A stretch of 64,000 nt of DNA from Escherichia phage vB_EcoM_WFK, in the sequence record MK373775.1. The stretch is one strand, 5' to 3'. Made by a program: the position numbers and the translations under genes. Under the pieces are notes generated by a model, which saw only the letters and a list, made by a program, of their open reading frames with translations, made no database searches and was not told the DNA's origin. Position 1 is the stretch's first letter. Each line of letters begins with the position of its first letter. Shown one piece after another: positions 20,410-29,533 of the stretch.

Positions 20410-21902
20410 TATAAACCTGTCTGGGACCACGGTCCAAATACGTCTTCAAACGAATCCGCTTCTGTTTTATCAAAACGGAACCCTTTAATAATTGGGAGGA
20501 AAATACCTACAGTGCCTTCACGTCCTTTAGAATGAACCCAACCATTGCATTCACAATCAGCAATACGTCCAATCAATTTACCTTCACGAGCTTCGGTCAT
20601 TAATCGTTCACGGTCCAAATCATGTCGCTCATCTAAAGGAATAAGAACCTTTACACCATCAACTGTTTTATGAGTTGTATCTTTAAACCCTGAACCACAA
20701 TCGGTTGTAATACGACGACAACGTGATACGAGTTCGACACCACCTAATTTGTTAGGGTCTTTAGAGTGTTCATAGTATCCTACAACTTCTAAAGCGATAT
20801 CAATAACTTCTTTAAATTTAATTAGGTTCTTAGAACGTTTGTTTTCCCAATATGAATCACGGTTTTTAAGGATAATACCTTCAAGACCTTGGTCAACATA
20901 TTTTTTATAAACCACTTTAGCTTCGTCAAGATTACGAACTAACTGATTTTCAATTGGCTCAATTCGTTTAAAGCCTTCAGCCATATTTTCAAGAGCAGCA
21001 AAACGAACATCGTATTTCTGACCTTTAATTTTGCCATCAGAATAGACTTCATCTAAAGGAACATAGTCCCAGGCTTGAAGAACCATACCTTCAGCTTCTT
21101 TAGGAGAAATAGTCCCTTGAAGAGATTTATTTGCTAAACCGTTTGAAGTGCTACGGTCCGCAACTTGTACTTCTTCGGATTCTTCATTATCACCAAATAA
21201 GAACGACAGGTCATTTCCTGAGCTCACAGCCTTTTTAATATCAAATGAATGGTAAACTAATTCACCGTCGATTAAAACCCCATTAGGGTGTCTTTCACGA
21301 GCTTCTTTAGTCATTTCCATTAGTTCATCCGCTAATAGAGTAAGACCATGATATTCGTTGCCGGCACGAGAAAAGAATTGAACACCATCATCGCGAACTT
21401 CAGCGAAACAACGAGCACCATCTGCTTTTAATTGGGCAAATGCGGGCCATTTAATATTTTTAGTAATCAATTTCTCGTCATATGCAGATGCTAACATCTG
21501 TGGTTGCAATTGAATAAGTCCAGGCCACACCTTATTCGCGATAGACACTGAAGCACCTACTTCAAGATCGCGCATCATTACACGACGAAGGACTTCTACA
21601 TCATCAGGTTTACCATCAGCGATATAACCCATGAGCTCTTTAATTGCAGCATTACCAGTGAGTTTACGAGTGGCTAATGTGAACTCAATAAAATCCAACA
21701 TGTCATCTAATTCAAGAAGACCATACGCTTGAGACCTTTCACCTGGTCCTGGCCATTTCTTAATATAATACTGGATACCACGTGCATATGTTAAACGATA
21801 CACACGTTCAAGTAATTTGTTGTCCTTATTTTTCTTAAGGATTTCCTGTTTTGTTTTAGTAGAACCAATCGCAGCTATTTGGTTTAAAATATCTAAAATC
21901 AT
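20409..21902 (-). CDS. 30: ATP-dependent DNA ligase gp30
   Basis: 497 aa; adenylation motif KADGAR; collinear with T4 DNA ligase. Confidence 0.95.
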   Translation of the reverse strand: MILDILNQIAAIGSTKTKQEILKKNKDNKLLERVYRLTYARGIQYYIKKWPGPGERSQAYGLLELDDMLDFIEFTLATRKLTGNAAIKELMGYIADGKPDDVEVLRRVMMRDLEVGASVSIANKVWPGLIQLQPQMLASAYDEKLITKNIKWPAFAQLKADGARCFAEVRDDGVQFFSRAGNEYHGLTLLADELMEMTKEARERHPNGVLIDGELVYHSFDIKKAVSSGNDLSFLFGDNEESEEVQVADRSTSNGLANKSLQGTISPKEAEGMVLQAWDYVPLDEVYSDGKIKGQKYDVRFAALENMAEGFKRIEPIENQLVRNLDEAKVVYKKYVDQGLEGIILKNRDSYWENKRSKNLIKFKEVIDIALEVVGYYEHSKDPNKLGGVELVSRCRRITTDCGSGFKDTTHKTVDGVKVLIPLDERHDLDRERLMTEAREGKLIGRIADCECNGWVHSKGREGTVGIFLPIIKGFRFDKTEADSFEDVFGPWSQTGL

Positions 21903-22168
21903 TTGATGTCCTCGATTTTGGTTACGGTTCTATTATAAGCCACTTCATCTAGAAGCGATTTCAGCGTTTTCTGATAAGTTGTAATCCATTTACCGAGTCC
22001 TTCAACATAGTATTCTGAAATGTAGATGAACCCTTGTTCAACACACTCTTTAAATATTTCTGCGTCTTTTACTGAACGAAACAATGGCCAGTCTCGAAAG
22101 AACATGTTAACGTGACCGTAGTCACGTGTGGTATTTTTGCCATCTGTAATATCATGAACTACAAACAT
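21899..22168 (-). CDS. Hypothetical protein (30.1-like)
   Basis: 89 aa; 4-nt overlap with gene 30; synteny. Confidence 0.5.
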   Translation of the reverse strand: MFVVHDITDGKNTTRDYGHVNMFFRDWPLFRSVKDAEIFKECVEQGFIYISEYYVEGLGKWITTYQKTLKSLLDEVAYNRTVTKIEDIK

Positions 22169-22177
22169 AATTAACCC

Positions 22178-23002
22178 TTAACAATTTATAGACCAAGTCC
22201 ATTTAGACGAATCTAAAGGAAAGTTTTGAATCGTCCACCACGGCTGCATATCAGTTGGTCCTGGGGTTCGCCAGGTATATGGAGTACGTGTTGTCGAGGG
22301 GCCACCAATTTGATTAGGCCATGCACCTGGACTTGTTGCACCAGATTCTTTAAGCAAATCCGCCAATCGTTTTAAAAGGTCTTCACGATCTGAATCTGAA
22401 TTATTCTTAGGCAGAACCAAACGAGATTCAATATCATCCCACGTGTGTACACGTTGTGCAGTACGAGGAATGGCATCACGTTCACCACGAGCCAACCAAT
22501 AAATCGGTACATTAAGAATTTCTGCCGCATGGTCACAATGATGAGCTAAATCGTCAACGTAACAAATTACGTTATATTTTGTTTTAGCTAGTTCGAATAA
22601 TTGTTCCTTTGAAGAATCATGACCACACATCATTACTTCAGAGAAAGCGCCTGGGAACAAAGCATTCAAATTAAATTGTCTATTCAATCGAGCATCAATT
22701 GAATCACCTAGCGCCGTCACGGCTACAAAATTATAGTCTTCTTTTAGTTTATTGATAACTCGAAGAGCATCAGAATAAGGCGCTAAGTAACGAATAAAAT
22801 CAGAGCTATTATATTTTTCTATTAATTGTTTACCAAGGTTATCGTCGGTGTTGAACAGTTTACCAGGAGAAATAAATTTTTCGTCCTGAATCATTTTTAA
22901 AATATGTTCTAATGGAAGGTTATATTTTTGGGCAAAATAAGGAAGTCCAGATTGCCAGCTTAAACATACACCATCAATATCAGTCAAAATAGTAGGCTTC
23001 AT
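22178..23002 (-). CDS. Hypothetical protein (30.2-like) with an N-terminal HAD-like DxDG motif
   Basis: 274 aa; N-terminal LTDIDGV resembles HAD phosphatase motif I; size as T4 30.2. Confidence 0.5.
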   Translation of the reverse strand: MKPTILTDIDGVCLSWQSGLPYFAQKYNLPLEHILKMIQDEKFISPGKLFNTDDNLGKQLIEKYNSSDFIRYLAPYSDALRVINKLKEDYNFVAVTALGDSIDARLNRQFNLNALFPGAFSEVMMCGHDSSKEQLFELAKTKYNVICYVDDLAHHCDHAAEILNVPIYWLARGERDAIPRTAQRVHTWDDIESRLVLPKNNSDSDREDLLKRLADLLKESGATSPGAWPNQIGGPSTTRTPYTWRTPGPTDMQPWWTIQNFPLDSSKWTWSINC

Positions 23003-23466
23003 AAAGAGTCTCTTAATAGGTTTAACACGTCAATAAATTCATCTTCAGTTAGTATTGTATCATCTTTTGTTAGGTGGCTGGCCATGCTGTGCTTCAAAAT
23101 TTTTCCTTTAGAGGCTTGTAAGGCATCACGAAACCCCTTGTTTTGGATCGCGGCTTCAAAATATGCATTTGTGTATAATTCTTTCCATGCTTCGGAGTAT
23201 CTTGAAAATGGAACTCCTAACCAGAAGAGAGTCCCACGGTCCTGAGCTCTTGCGTAAGACCTTCCAGCTTGCTGTGCAGCCAATCCAGACAACCAAAATA
23301 TACGTCTTTGTTGTTCAACATTTTTCACCTTACATCCTTGGAGAAATCCTTCAAGACCTCCGAATTGAATACCATCCATAACAAAAGGCCATTGAGCAAA
23401 GTTACTTAATGCACATGACGGCCATTTGAAATTACTTCTTATTTCTAATTCAGACATCTTTAACAC
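22999..23466 (-). CDS. Hypothetical protein (30.3-like)
   Basis: 155 aa; synteny and size. Confidence 0.5.
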   Translation of the reverse strand: MLKMSELEIRSNFKWPSCALSNFAQWPFVMDGIQFGGLEGFLQGCKVKNVEQQRRIFWLSGLAAQQAGRSYARAQDRGTLFWLGVPFSRYSEAWKELYTNAYFEAAIQNKGFRDALQASKGKILKHSMASHLTKDDTILTEDEFIDVLNLLRDSL

Positions 23467-23668
23467 TTATAATTTCAACATCAGCCCAATGTCCGTATCC
23501 AGGTATACGGTCTTCGATAGATAAATTTCTGTCATTTTTAGGCATTTTAATTGACGTAACGTATGGTTCTAAACGGTTTTCCGCGTAATATGGAAAAACG
23601 TCGGTTACACGATAAGTAACTTCAATCATTTCCGTACCAAACAATTTCTGGATTAATTTATTCAACAT
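23450..23668 (-). CDS. Hypothetical protein (30.3'-like)
   Basis: 72-aa ORF, synteny. Confidence 0.4.
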   Translation of the reverse strand: MLNKLIQKLFGTEMIEVTYRVTDVFPYYAENRLEPYVTSIKMPKNDRNLSIEDRIPGYGHWADVEIISVKDV

Positions 23669-23855
23669 GTTTCAACCCTTTAATAGGAGATAACTCTTTA
23701 CCCATACGTATGTCAGAAGTCCCATCAACCCATTGAACAGCATACGCTTCATTGATAATTCCAGCGGCAGTTTTAAATTCGTTGAGAACTTTAAAAATCA
23801 TCCCAGGGATTCCAACACCTTTTAATTGGACTGTTTGTGCTATTAAAAATTTCAT
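23658..23855 (-). CDS. Hypothetical protein (30.4-like)
   Basis: 65-aa ORF, synteny. Confidence 0.4.
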   Translation of the reverse strand: MKFLIAQTVQLKGVGIPGMIFKVLNEFKTAAGIINEAYAVQWVDGTSDIRMGKELSPIKGLKHVE

Positions 23856-23909
23856 ATTTTTCCACTTACTAAAGAAATCATTATACTCTAATCCGTCCTT
23901 GGATGTACA

Positions 23910-24524
23910 CTACTTAATGAAATTAATTTCTACCGGATGAACAACAGGTTGAGCAGTGATATATTGAGTAATTGCTTTCATGACTAGAGCTTCAGAACCA
24001 GGATTTTTCTCAACGAATTCACGTGCTAGGTTATGAGCTTCGAGTTCACTCAATAAACCGGAACGCTGGCATCCACGGTCTTGAGTACCCTGTTCAGATA
24101 AAAGGACTACTACATATTTTTCATCGTCGTAGGGCTTAGCCAGTTGAGCAAATGTTCCTTTACTTCCAAAAGGAGAGTTATGTCGCCACATCACGCCGTG
24201 AGGAGTTTCAACCTTCGTATATTCGTGCGGTCCATTTTTCTTAGTTTCTTGATGTGGAACTTCATAGACTTTAGGGTTAGGACATTCAATAAAATGCTCA
24301 TCTAAATCGGTCGAGAATATTAAAGTAAAACAATTACTGAATTTACCAACACCGGCCTGATAAATTTTACCTTCAGAAGTTCTAATTTCACAAACTGAGC
24401 CGGCATCAGTAACTTCTAAAACTTCAAAAGGCTCAATAAGGTCATATGAGAACATGTTTTTAAGGCGTGGAGTAATATCCCCATTTTTAAAATTCATTTT
24501 ATAAAAAGTATTAACTTTAAACAT
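23910..24524 (-). CDS. Hypothetical 204-aa protein (sits where T4 has 30.5/30.6); start set to the internal ATG
   Basis: Internal ATG preceded by GAGGAAA; the track's N-terminal extension would include the upstream RNA hairpin. Confidence 0.5.
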   Translation of the reverse strand: MFKVNTFYKMNFKNGDITPRLKNMFSYDLIEPFEVLEVTDAGSVCEIRTSEGKIYQAGVGKFSNCFTLIFSTDLDEHFIECPNPKVYEVPHQETKKNGPHEYTKVETPHGVMWRHNSPFGSKGTFAQLAKPYDDEKYVVVLLSEQGTQDRGCQRSGLLSELEAHNLAREFVEKNPGSEALVMKAITQYITAQPVVHPVEINFIK

Positions 24525-24559
24525 AATTTCCTCAGTGGGAGCCGAAGCTCCCAATTAAT

Positions 24560-24925
24560 TTAGATATCAAATTCGTTAAGAACTACATCAAAGATTGCTT
24601 CGAGATGTTCAGGTTTAGCTCGGTTACTCAGGATATGACGAATCCAAGTTTTAACCAGAAGTTTACGATTAACACCATTCCAGCAAGGATGAGTACCTAA
24701 ATCACGCTGACGGAAATCATCATCTAATGCAATTTTAAAATTTGAACCTTCCATCGTGATTGAAACCGTGATACCATTTTCAAATCGCATATAAACGTAA
24801 TTAGGAGTCATGCACTGTTCGATTTCACAAACTGTACCGTTTTCGTGTTTCCATAAGCAAATAACTTCAGAAGAACCAGCAATACCGTTAGAAACATATT
24901 TACGTTCGAAGTTGGTGTAGTTCAT
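24560..24925 (-). CDS. Hypothetical protein (30.7-like)
   Basis: 121 aa, same length as T4 30.7; early promoter upstream. Confidence 0.5.
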   Translation of the reverse strand: MNYTNFERKYVSNGIAGSSEVICLWKHENGTVCEIEQCMTPNYVYMRFENGITVSITMEGSNFKIALDDDFRQRDLGTHPCWNGVNRKLLVKTWIRHILSNRAKPEHLEAIFDVVLNEFDI

Positions 24926-24999
24926 TTTATTCTCCAGATGTTTAAGTTGTTTGTTGGTACAGGTCTATAATAACATAACCTGTACCAAAGTAAACTGTT

Positions 25000-25368
25000 T
25001 TATGCAACTTTAATCCAATTGTCTAAATTTAAAACACCTTTGGCTTTCATTTTTTCTATCAGGTTATCTGCTGTAATGCGTCCATTTTGATACCATGTAA
25101 CATCTTCAGAGTAACCAGTTTCTTCGTCAACATATGTTTCTGAACGAATTTTACCGGTAATAATAGTTTTTAATTCGTATGTGTCACCTGTGAAAAAGTT
25201 TGCTAACACAATTTTCCAAGAGAAATCATCAGAAGGACCTTCAGGGGTCATACAACCTACGAACTCAAATTGCTCTTTGTATAACATCCACTGGAATTCT
25301 TTAATTTCGATAGCTTTATAACCATCGTGGTCTTTACATTTGATGTATGAGTTCAGATTGATTTTCAT
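25000..25368 (-). CDS. Hypothetical protein (30.8-like)
   Basis: 122 aa, same length as T4 30.8; early promoter upstream. Confidence 0.5.
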   Translation of the reverse strand: MKINLNSYIKCKDHDGYKAIEIKEFQWMLYKEQFEFVGCMTPEGPSDDFSWKIVLANFFTGDTYELKTIITGKIRSETYVDEETGYSEDVTWYQNGRITADNLIEKMKAKGVLNLDNWIKVA

Positions 25369-25461
25369 TTTGTTCTCCAGGTTGTTTTATTGATTAGATG
25401 GTACAAGTCTATAGTAACACATCCTACAGGAGAGTAAACATCTTTTTAAACTTTTTCTGCC

Positions 25462-25493
25462 CTAAACGCACAAAAGGGAGACCGAAGTCTCCC
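25462..25493 (-). terminator. Rho-independent terminator (GGGAGAC-UUCG-GUCUCCC plus T-run) after the 59-aa ORF
   Basis: Minus strand: perfect 7-bp stem, UUCG loop, then TTTTGTGCGTTT. Confidence 0.6.
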
Positions 25494-25498
25494 TAAAA

Positions 25499-25678
25499 TT
25501 ATGCAACAACCTTTCCAAAACGAGAAGCATCATCTCGAAGAACTGCACGTGCTCTGCGCATGATCTTCTCAACTGTTTGATTAATACGAGAGTTCGACCC
25601 ACGCTTGTATCCAGCGCGTTTAGAGGTACCATCAACTTTCTTTTCAACTGCTTTCTTTGCTTTAGCTTGTTTTGCCAT
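25499..25678 (-). CDS. Small basic 59-aa protein (30.9-like), below the ORF-track size cutoff
   Basis: ATG ORF MAKQAKAKKAVEKK...; preferred over the overlapping 61-aa track ORF in another frame. Confidence 0.4.
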   Translation of the reverse strand: MAKQAKAKKAVEKKVDGTSKRAGYKRGSNSRINQTVEKIMRRARAVLRDDASRFGKVVA

Positions 25679-25973
25679 TATAAATTCTCTTTAAATGAAA
25701 ATGCAGGACTTATTGACATTGCCTGCGCAAGCCCTCAAGGGGAACATAGGTTTTGGATATTTAACGACAGGATAACCATAAACCCGTCATCATACCAACC
25801 ACGACTTAGACAGATAACCTTTTTCTGACGCGTGATAGTACAAAATACATTCAAGAGGTACACCGTAAAACTGCCGGGGCCTTAAAACTATAATGATTCG
25901 CAAATCATTAATCAGACAGTTCGACGGCTCCTCGATTTTCTAGCCGCACTTAAGGTAGCGAATCACCTAAAAC

Positions 25974-26222
25974 TTATTTAAGGGTAATAACAAAATGACG
26001 TACTGCTTTACGAGCTGCAGAAGCCAAAGGCTTAGCATATTTCAGTTCATCTTTTGCTTCCAGTTCAGAGGCCAAAGCTGCCTGTACCGGGTTCAGATGT
26101 TTGAAATAATGCAGGATTTCCAGTGCTTCGGCTTCAACATCAATCGACGCGCCGTAGTTTTCGTGACCGTTATTCCATGCGTTTCGTTGCAGTTCAAGAG
26201 CGTGTTGTAATTGTTTAATCAT
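25974..26222 (-). CDS. rIII: rIII lysis inhibition accessory protein
   Basis: 82 aa, near-identical to T4 RIII. Confidence 0.9.
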   Translation of the reverse strand: MIKQLQHALELQRNAWNNGHENYGASIDVEAEALEILHYFKHLNPVQAALASELEAKDELKYAKPLASAARKAVRHFVITLK

Positions 26223-26338
26223 TTTAAATTCTCAATTCGAGATAATATTTAGTAGCCACGTTCGTCTGAATTTCACCTTCTTTCGACAAGTCTCTCAGTT
26301 GTAGGCTACCGCTTAGAAGAGTGTTCTCTTCATATAGT

Positions 26339-26346
26339 TATTTATA
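26339..26346 (-). promoter_or_regulatory. Possible late promoter (TATAAATA on the minus strand) between 31 and rIII
   Basis: Plus-strand TATTTATA immediately after the gene 31 stop. Confidence 0.3.
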
Positions 26347-26679
26347 TCACTTATAAAGACACGGAATAGCTTTATAGTGGCATGTTACGAATTTCTGTTT
26401 AATTTCTTTAGGTTGTTTAAGTCCCAAAGCCACAAATGGATGTGGAACATTTCGAATTTGTCCAACTGGTAGTGGAGTCAAATCACCGACTTCAACAAAA
26501 CCTTCAGGAACATCAGGACCTACAGAATGAACTACACATAGTTCAGGAACTTCACCTTGAACACGTTTACCAATCACAAGTCCTGATTCGGTAACTTCTT
26601 CATCACCTGCTTGAGCGGGTTCAGAAACCAGAATGACATATTCACCAACAGCACGAATTGGGAGTTGTACTTCAGACAT
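26347..26679 (-). CDS. 31: Head assembly co-chaperonin gp31 (GroES analogue)
   Basis: 110 aa, near-identical to T4 gp31. Confidence 0.95.
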   Translation of the reverse strand: MSEVQLPIRAVGEYVILVSEPAQAGDEEVTESGLVIGKRVQGEVPELCVVHSVGPDVPEGFVEVGDLTPLPVGQIRNVPHPFVALGLKQPKEIKQKFVTCHYKAIPCLYK

Positions 26680-26709
26680 CTTATTTCCTTGTTGTTTGAC
26701 GATAGATTA

Positions 26710-26734
26710 ATAATACCATACTATTCGTAAAGCA
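26710..26734 (-). promoter_or_regulatory. MotA-dependent middle promoter of gene 31 (MotA box TGCTTTA, 12 nt, TATTAT)
   Basis: Minus strand reads ATATGCTTTAC, a 12-nt spacer, then TATTAT about 30 nt upstream of the ATG. Confidence 0.5.
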
Positions 26735-26736
26735 TA

Positions 26737-27045
26737 TTACATAAGAAGCAAACGTTCTACCGGAGTACCATCAACCGAAATTACTTTATCAAGGCGGAAA
26801 GAACGCCACTGACCTAACTTGGTATCGAATGCTCGAACTGATTCACGAGGTTCAGAACGAACTTCTGATGCCGGATTGTTATTTTCATATTTGACTTCAA
26901 GTTCATCGCGAGAAGCAAACATAGTGCGTACCTCACCGTTAGCCTTTTCAAATACAACACAATGAACGCCTACAGACAGAATAGTTTTAATACGTTCACG
27001 AAGAACCATAGTTTCTTGTTCAGTTAAAATCATATTATTCACCAC
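26737..27045 (-). CDS. Hypothetical 102-aa protein between cd and 31
   Basis: ORF overlapping the cd 3' end by 11 nt; no motif recognised. Confidence 0.45.
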   Translation of the reverse strand: MVNNMILTEQETMVLRERIKTILSVGVHCVVFEKANGEVRTMFASRDELEVKYENNNPASEVRSEPRESVRAFDTKLGQWRSFRLDKVISVDGTPVERLLLM

Positions 27046-27616
27046 AAAAGTTTCGGATTTGTTCCCAATTCAGAGAACGAAGATTATTACGAGAGTACTG
27101 AATTACTTCAATACCGGCTTGTTTTAGAATGTCTGCCCAATTTTCAGGAGATCGGTCGTATAATTCTGCATATACAACCTTTTTAATACCTGACTGTGTA
27201 ATAGCTTTAGTGCAATCAGGACACGGAGAAAGCGTCGTATATAACGTAGCACCTTCAATAGAATTACCTTTACGAGCTGCAAATAAAATTGCATTCAGTT
27301 CAGCATGGATTTCATTATTAGCAGACCATGCACTATGAGCGGCCCGATGTTCTTTAGCCAAAACAAAATTATCCACCCGTCCAAATGCTGTAGTGCCTTC
27401 TTTATGCCCAGCAACGATGACCGGGCTTGGTTTATTCTTCAACCAACCGTTTTCGGATGCATGTTCGCAACAGTTTGTACCACCTGAAGGAGAGCCATTA
27501 TAACCTGTAGAAATAATGCGTCCATCTTTTTCAATGACGGCGCCAACTTTCCATGAACAACATTTTGATTCTTGAGAAATCAGATATGCAATCTGAAGGT
27601 ATGTGCTAGCTTTCAT
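27035..27616 (-). CDS. cd: dCMP deaminase
   Basis: 193 aa; zinc-binding HAE...PCxxC deaminase signature (HAELNAI, PCPDC); T4 Cd is the same size. Confidence 0.92.
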   Translation of the reverse strand: MKASTYLQIAYLISQESKCCSWKVGAVIEKDGRIISTGYNGSPSGGTNCCEHASENGWLKNKPSPVIVAGHKEGTTAFGRVDNFVLAKEHRAAHSAWSANNEIHAELNAILFAARKGNSIEGATLYTTLSPCPDCTKAITQSGIKKVVYAELYDRSPENWADILKQAGIEVIQYSRNNLRSLNWEQIRNFCGE

Positions 27617-28608
27617 TATTGAACCTTATTAATATAAGTTAACAGCTCTTTAGTTTGTTCCCAACTGATGCACGCATCGGTAACGGAAACGCCATAGGAC
27701 ATATTATCAGAAATTTTTTGATTTCCTTCATGTAGGAACGATTCTATCATAATTCCTTTGACCAAATCATTAGCTGCTAAATTTTTACCAATACCAATTT
27801 GATTGCTATAATGCCCATCAGCGTTTGCATGGCTACAGTCAACCATTACATAATGATTCAGACCTACTGCCCTTGCTTTGTTAGAAGCTTCTTGAATATC
27901 AGAAGAATGATAGTTCGGGCCGTTGGTCCCGCCACGCAATACGATATGCGTATTCTGATTACCTTCAGCTTCAACAATGCCTACAGTACCATCGACGTCC
28001 ATACCCATATACCGATGAGGCCAGGCGGCACTATACATCGCGTCTATAGCTACTTTAATAGAACCATTGGTTGCGTTCTTGAAGCCTACGCACATCGGTA
28101 GACCTGAAGCAATTTCACGATGTGTCTGACTTTCAGTCGTACGGGCGCCAATAGCAACCCATGAGAAAATACCAGAAAGATACTTAATCGTGAATGGGTC
28201 TAATACTTCAGTTGCTAATGGAAGTCCCATACGTAGAAGTTTACGACACAATGTTCGTGCAACTATAAGACCGTGGTTCATATCAAAACTTCCGTCAAGA
28301 TATGGATCATTTACAAGACCTTTCCAACCTACGGTAGTTCGAGGCTTTTCAAAATAAACGCGCATCACTAACAGAACATTAGGAAGACGAGTTTGAAGTT
28401 CAGCCAGACGTTTGCCGTATTCAACAGCAGCAATAGGGTCATGAATTGAACAAGGACCTACAACGATAAGTTTGCGTGGGTCTTCACCATTCATAATCGA
28501 ATTAACTTGTTCGCGATGAGAAGCCACTTGTGATGCGTAAGCTTCCGACAAAGGAATAATCTCAGCCAGTTCTTTTGGAGAAATAAGTTTTCCGACGACA
28601 GGTAACAT
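27616..28608 (-). CDS. 3-deoxy-D-arabino-heptulosonate 7-phosphate (DAHP) synthase, class I (AroG/AroF/AroH-like)
   Basis: 330 aa; KPRTTVGWKGL motif; metal ligands in conserved context (GPCSIHD, DCSHAN, IESFLHEGNQ, TDAC); collinear with E. coli AroG over almost the full length. Confidence 0.9.
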   Translation of the reverse strand: MLPVVGKLISPKELAEIIPLSEAYASQVASHREQVNSIMNGEDPRKLIVVGPCSIHDPIAAVEYGKRLAELQTRLPNVLLVMRVYFEKPRTTVGWKGLVNDPYLDGSFDMNHGLIVARTLCRKLLRMGLPLATEVLDPFTIKYLSGIFSWVAIGARTTESQTHREIASGLPMCVGFKNATNGSIKVAIDAMYSAAWPHRYMGMDVDGTVGIVEAEGNQNTHIVLRGGTNGPNYHSSDIQEASNKARAVGLNHYVMVDCSHANADGHYSNQIGIGKNLAANDLVKGIMIESFLHEGNQKISDNMSYGVSVTDACISWEQTKELLTYINKVQ

Positions 28609-28616
28609 AACAATCC

Positions 28617-28805
28617 TTAGGAGATATAAACAGATTCTGATTCAACAATACCTTTAACCGGATTAGACAGGCTAAGTTGGTAGTGCTCAGATTTATGACC
28701 ATTCTCGATAGTAATGAGATAGCTCTCATTATAGTGTTCCATATACTCGAGTTGCTTCAACAAGACCATCACTGCATAATTTAAGATTAGTAATTTGGTC
28801 ACCAT
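28617..28805 (-). CDS. Hypothetical small protein
   Basis: 62-aa ORF; the start is uncertain and an internal ATG is possible. Confidence 0.3.
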   Translation of the reverse strand: MVTKLLILNYAVMVLLKQLEYMEHYNESYLITIENGHKSEHYQLSLSNPVKGIVESESVYIS

Positions 28806-28965
28806 CTTTAGGATTAACGATTATGAGAAAAGAACGTGGAGATTCTTGAATAACTCGTAATGTTGCATCTTGGAAACGTTCAGACACTTTATTGATGAGT
28901 GCTTGAGCAAATTCTTTTACTTTAATCTGAAATTCGTGTACTGTAATTGGGTTTTCACTTAGCAT
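28729..28965 (-). CDS. Hypothetical small protein
   Basis: 78-aa ORF with an early promoter upstream. Confidence 0.35.
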   Translation of the reverse strand: MLSENPITVHEFQIKVKEFAQALINKVSERFQDATLRVIQESPRSFLIIVNPKDGDQITNLKLCSDGLVEATRVYGTL

Positions 28966-29025
28966 TTCTATTTCCTCATTTGTTGGTAGAGTTATAGTAT
29001 CACAACTCCACCATGTTGTAAACCA

Positions 29026-29301
29026 TTAAATTGCTTTGCATTCAATTTTTTGTGTACCGAAATTGATATCACATTGGATAACTAAATCGCCGTCAAGATC
29101 AAATACCACGATGACGTGTGCAGACCCAGGGAGAAGAGTAATAGCAATAGAATCTACTTGGTCTGGGAGCAAAGCATTGAGTACATGAGTTACTTGAGCA
29201 TGAACTCTGAGTTCGGCTGCATTATCAAGCACTTCAAACATATTATTAGCAATAATCTGACTGAAGACTACCTTTACAATTTCAGAATAAGTTGGGAACA
29301 T
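29026..29301 (-). CDS. Hypothetical protein
   Basis: 91-aa ORF. Confidence 0.4.
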   Translation of the reverse strand: MFPTYSEIVKVVFSQIIANNMFEVLDNAAELRVHAQVTHVLNALLPDQVDSIAITLLPGSAHVIVVFDLDGDLVIQCDINFGTQKIECKAI

Positions 29302-29308
29302 AATTACC

Positions 29309-29533
29309 TCAGTGCACAGTATTTACTTTAACTCGAACAACAAATCGCTCGGTTGGTTCACCTACAGGAACAAACTCTACATGATATTCACCTTTGTAAC
29401 GAGTATTCAGATCATTACGAATTCCTGCGAGTTTGTTGATTAATGTAGGACTCATATTAAGTCCCACTAGTTTACGAAGCATTTTGTATGCTTCATCTTC
29501 GATTTCATGATGTTTATCGTACATAGTTTTCAT
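29309..29533 (-). CDS. Hypothetical protein
   Basis: 74-aa ORF. Confidence 0.4.
   Translation of the reverse strand: MKTMYDKHHEIEDEAYKMLRKLVGLNMSPTLINKLAGIRNDLNTRYKGEYHVEFVPVGEPTERFVVRVKVNTVH

Noticed and set aside
25462-25647. 61-aa track ORF on the minus strand
   Set aside because: It overlaps a 59-aa ATG-initiated basic ORF (25499..25678) in another frame that has a proper terminator just downstream; the track ORF also runs through the terminator hairpin.
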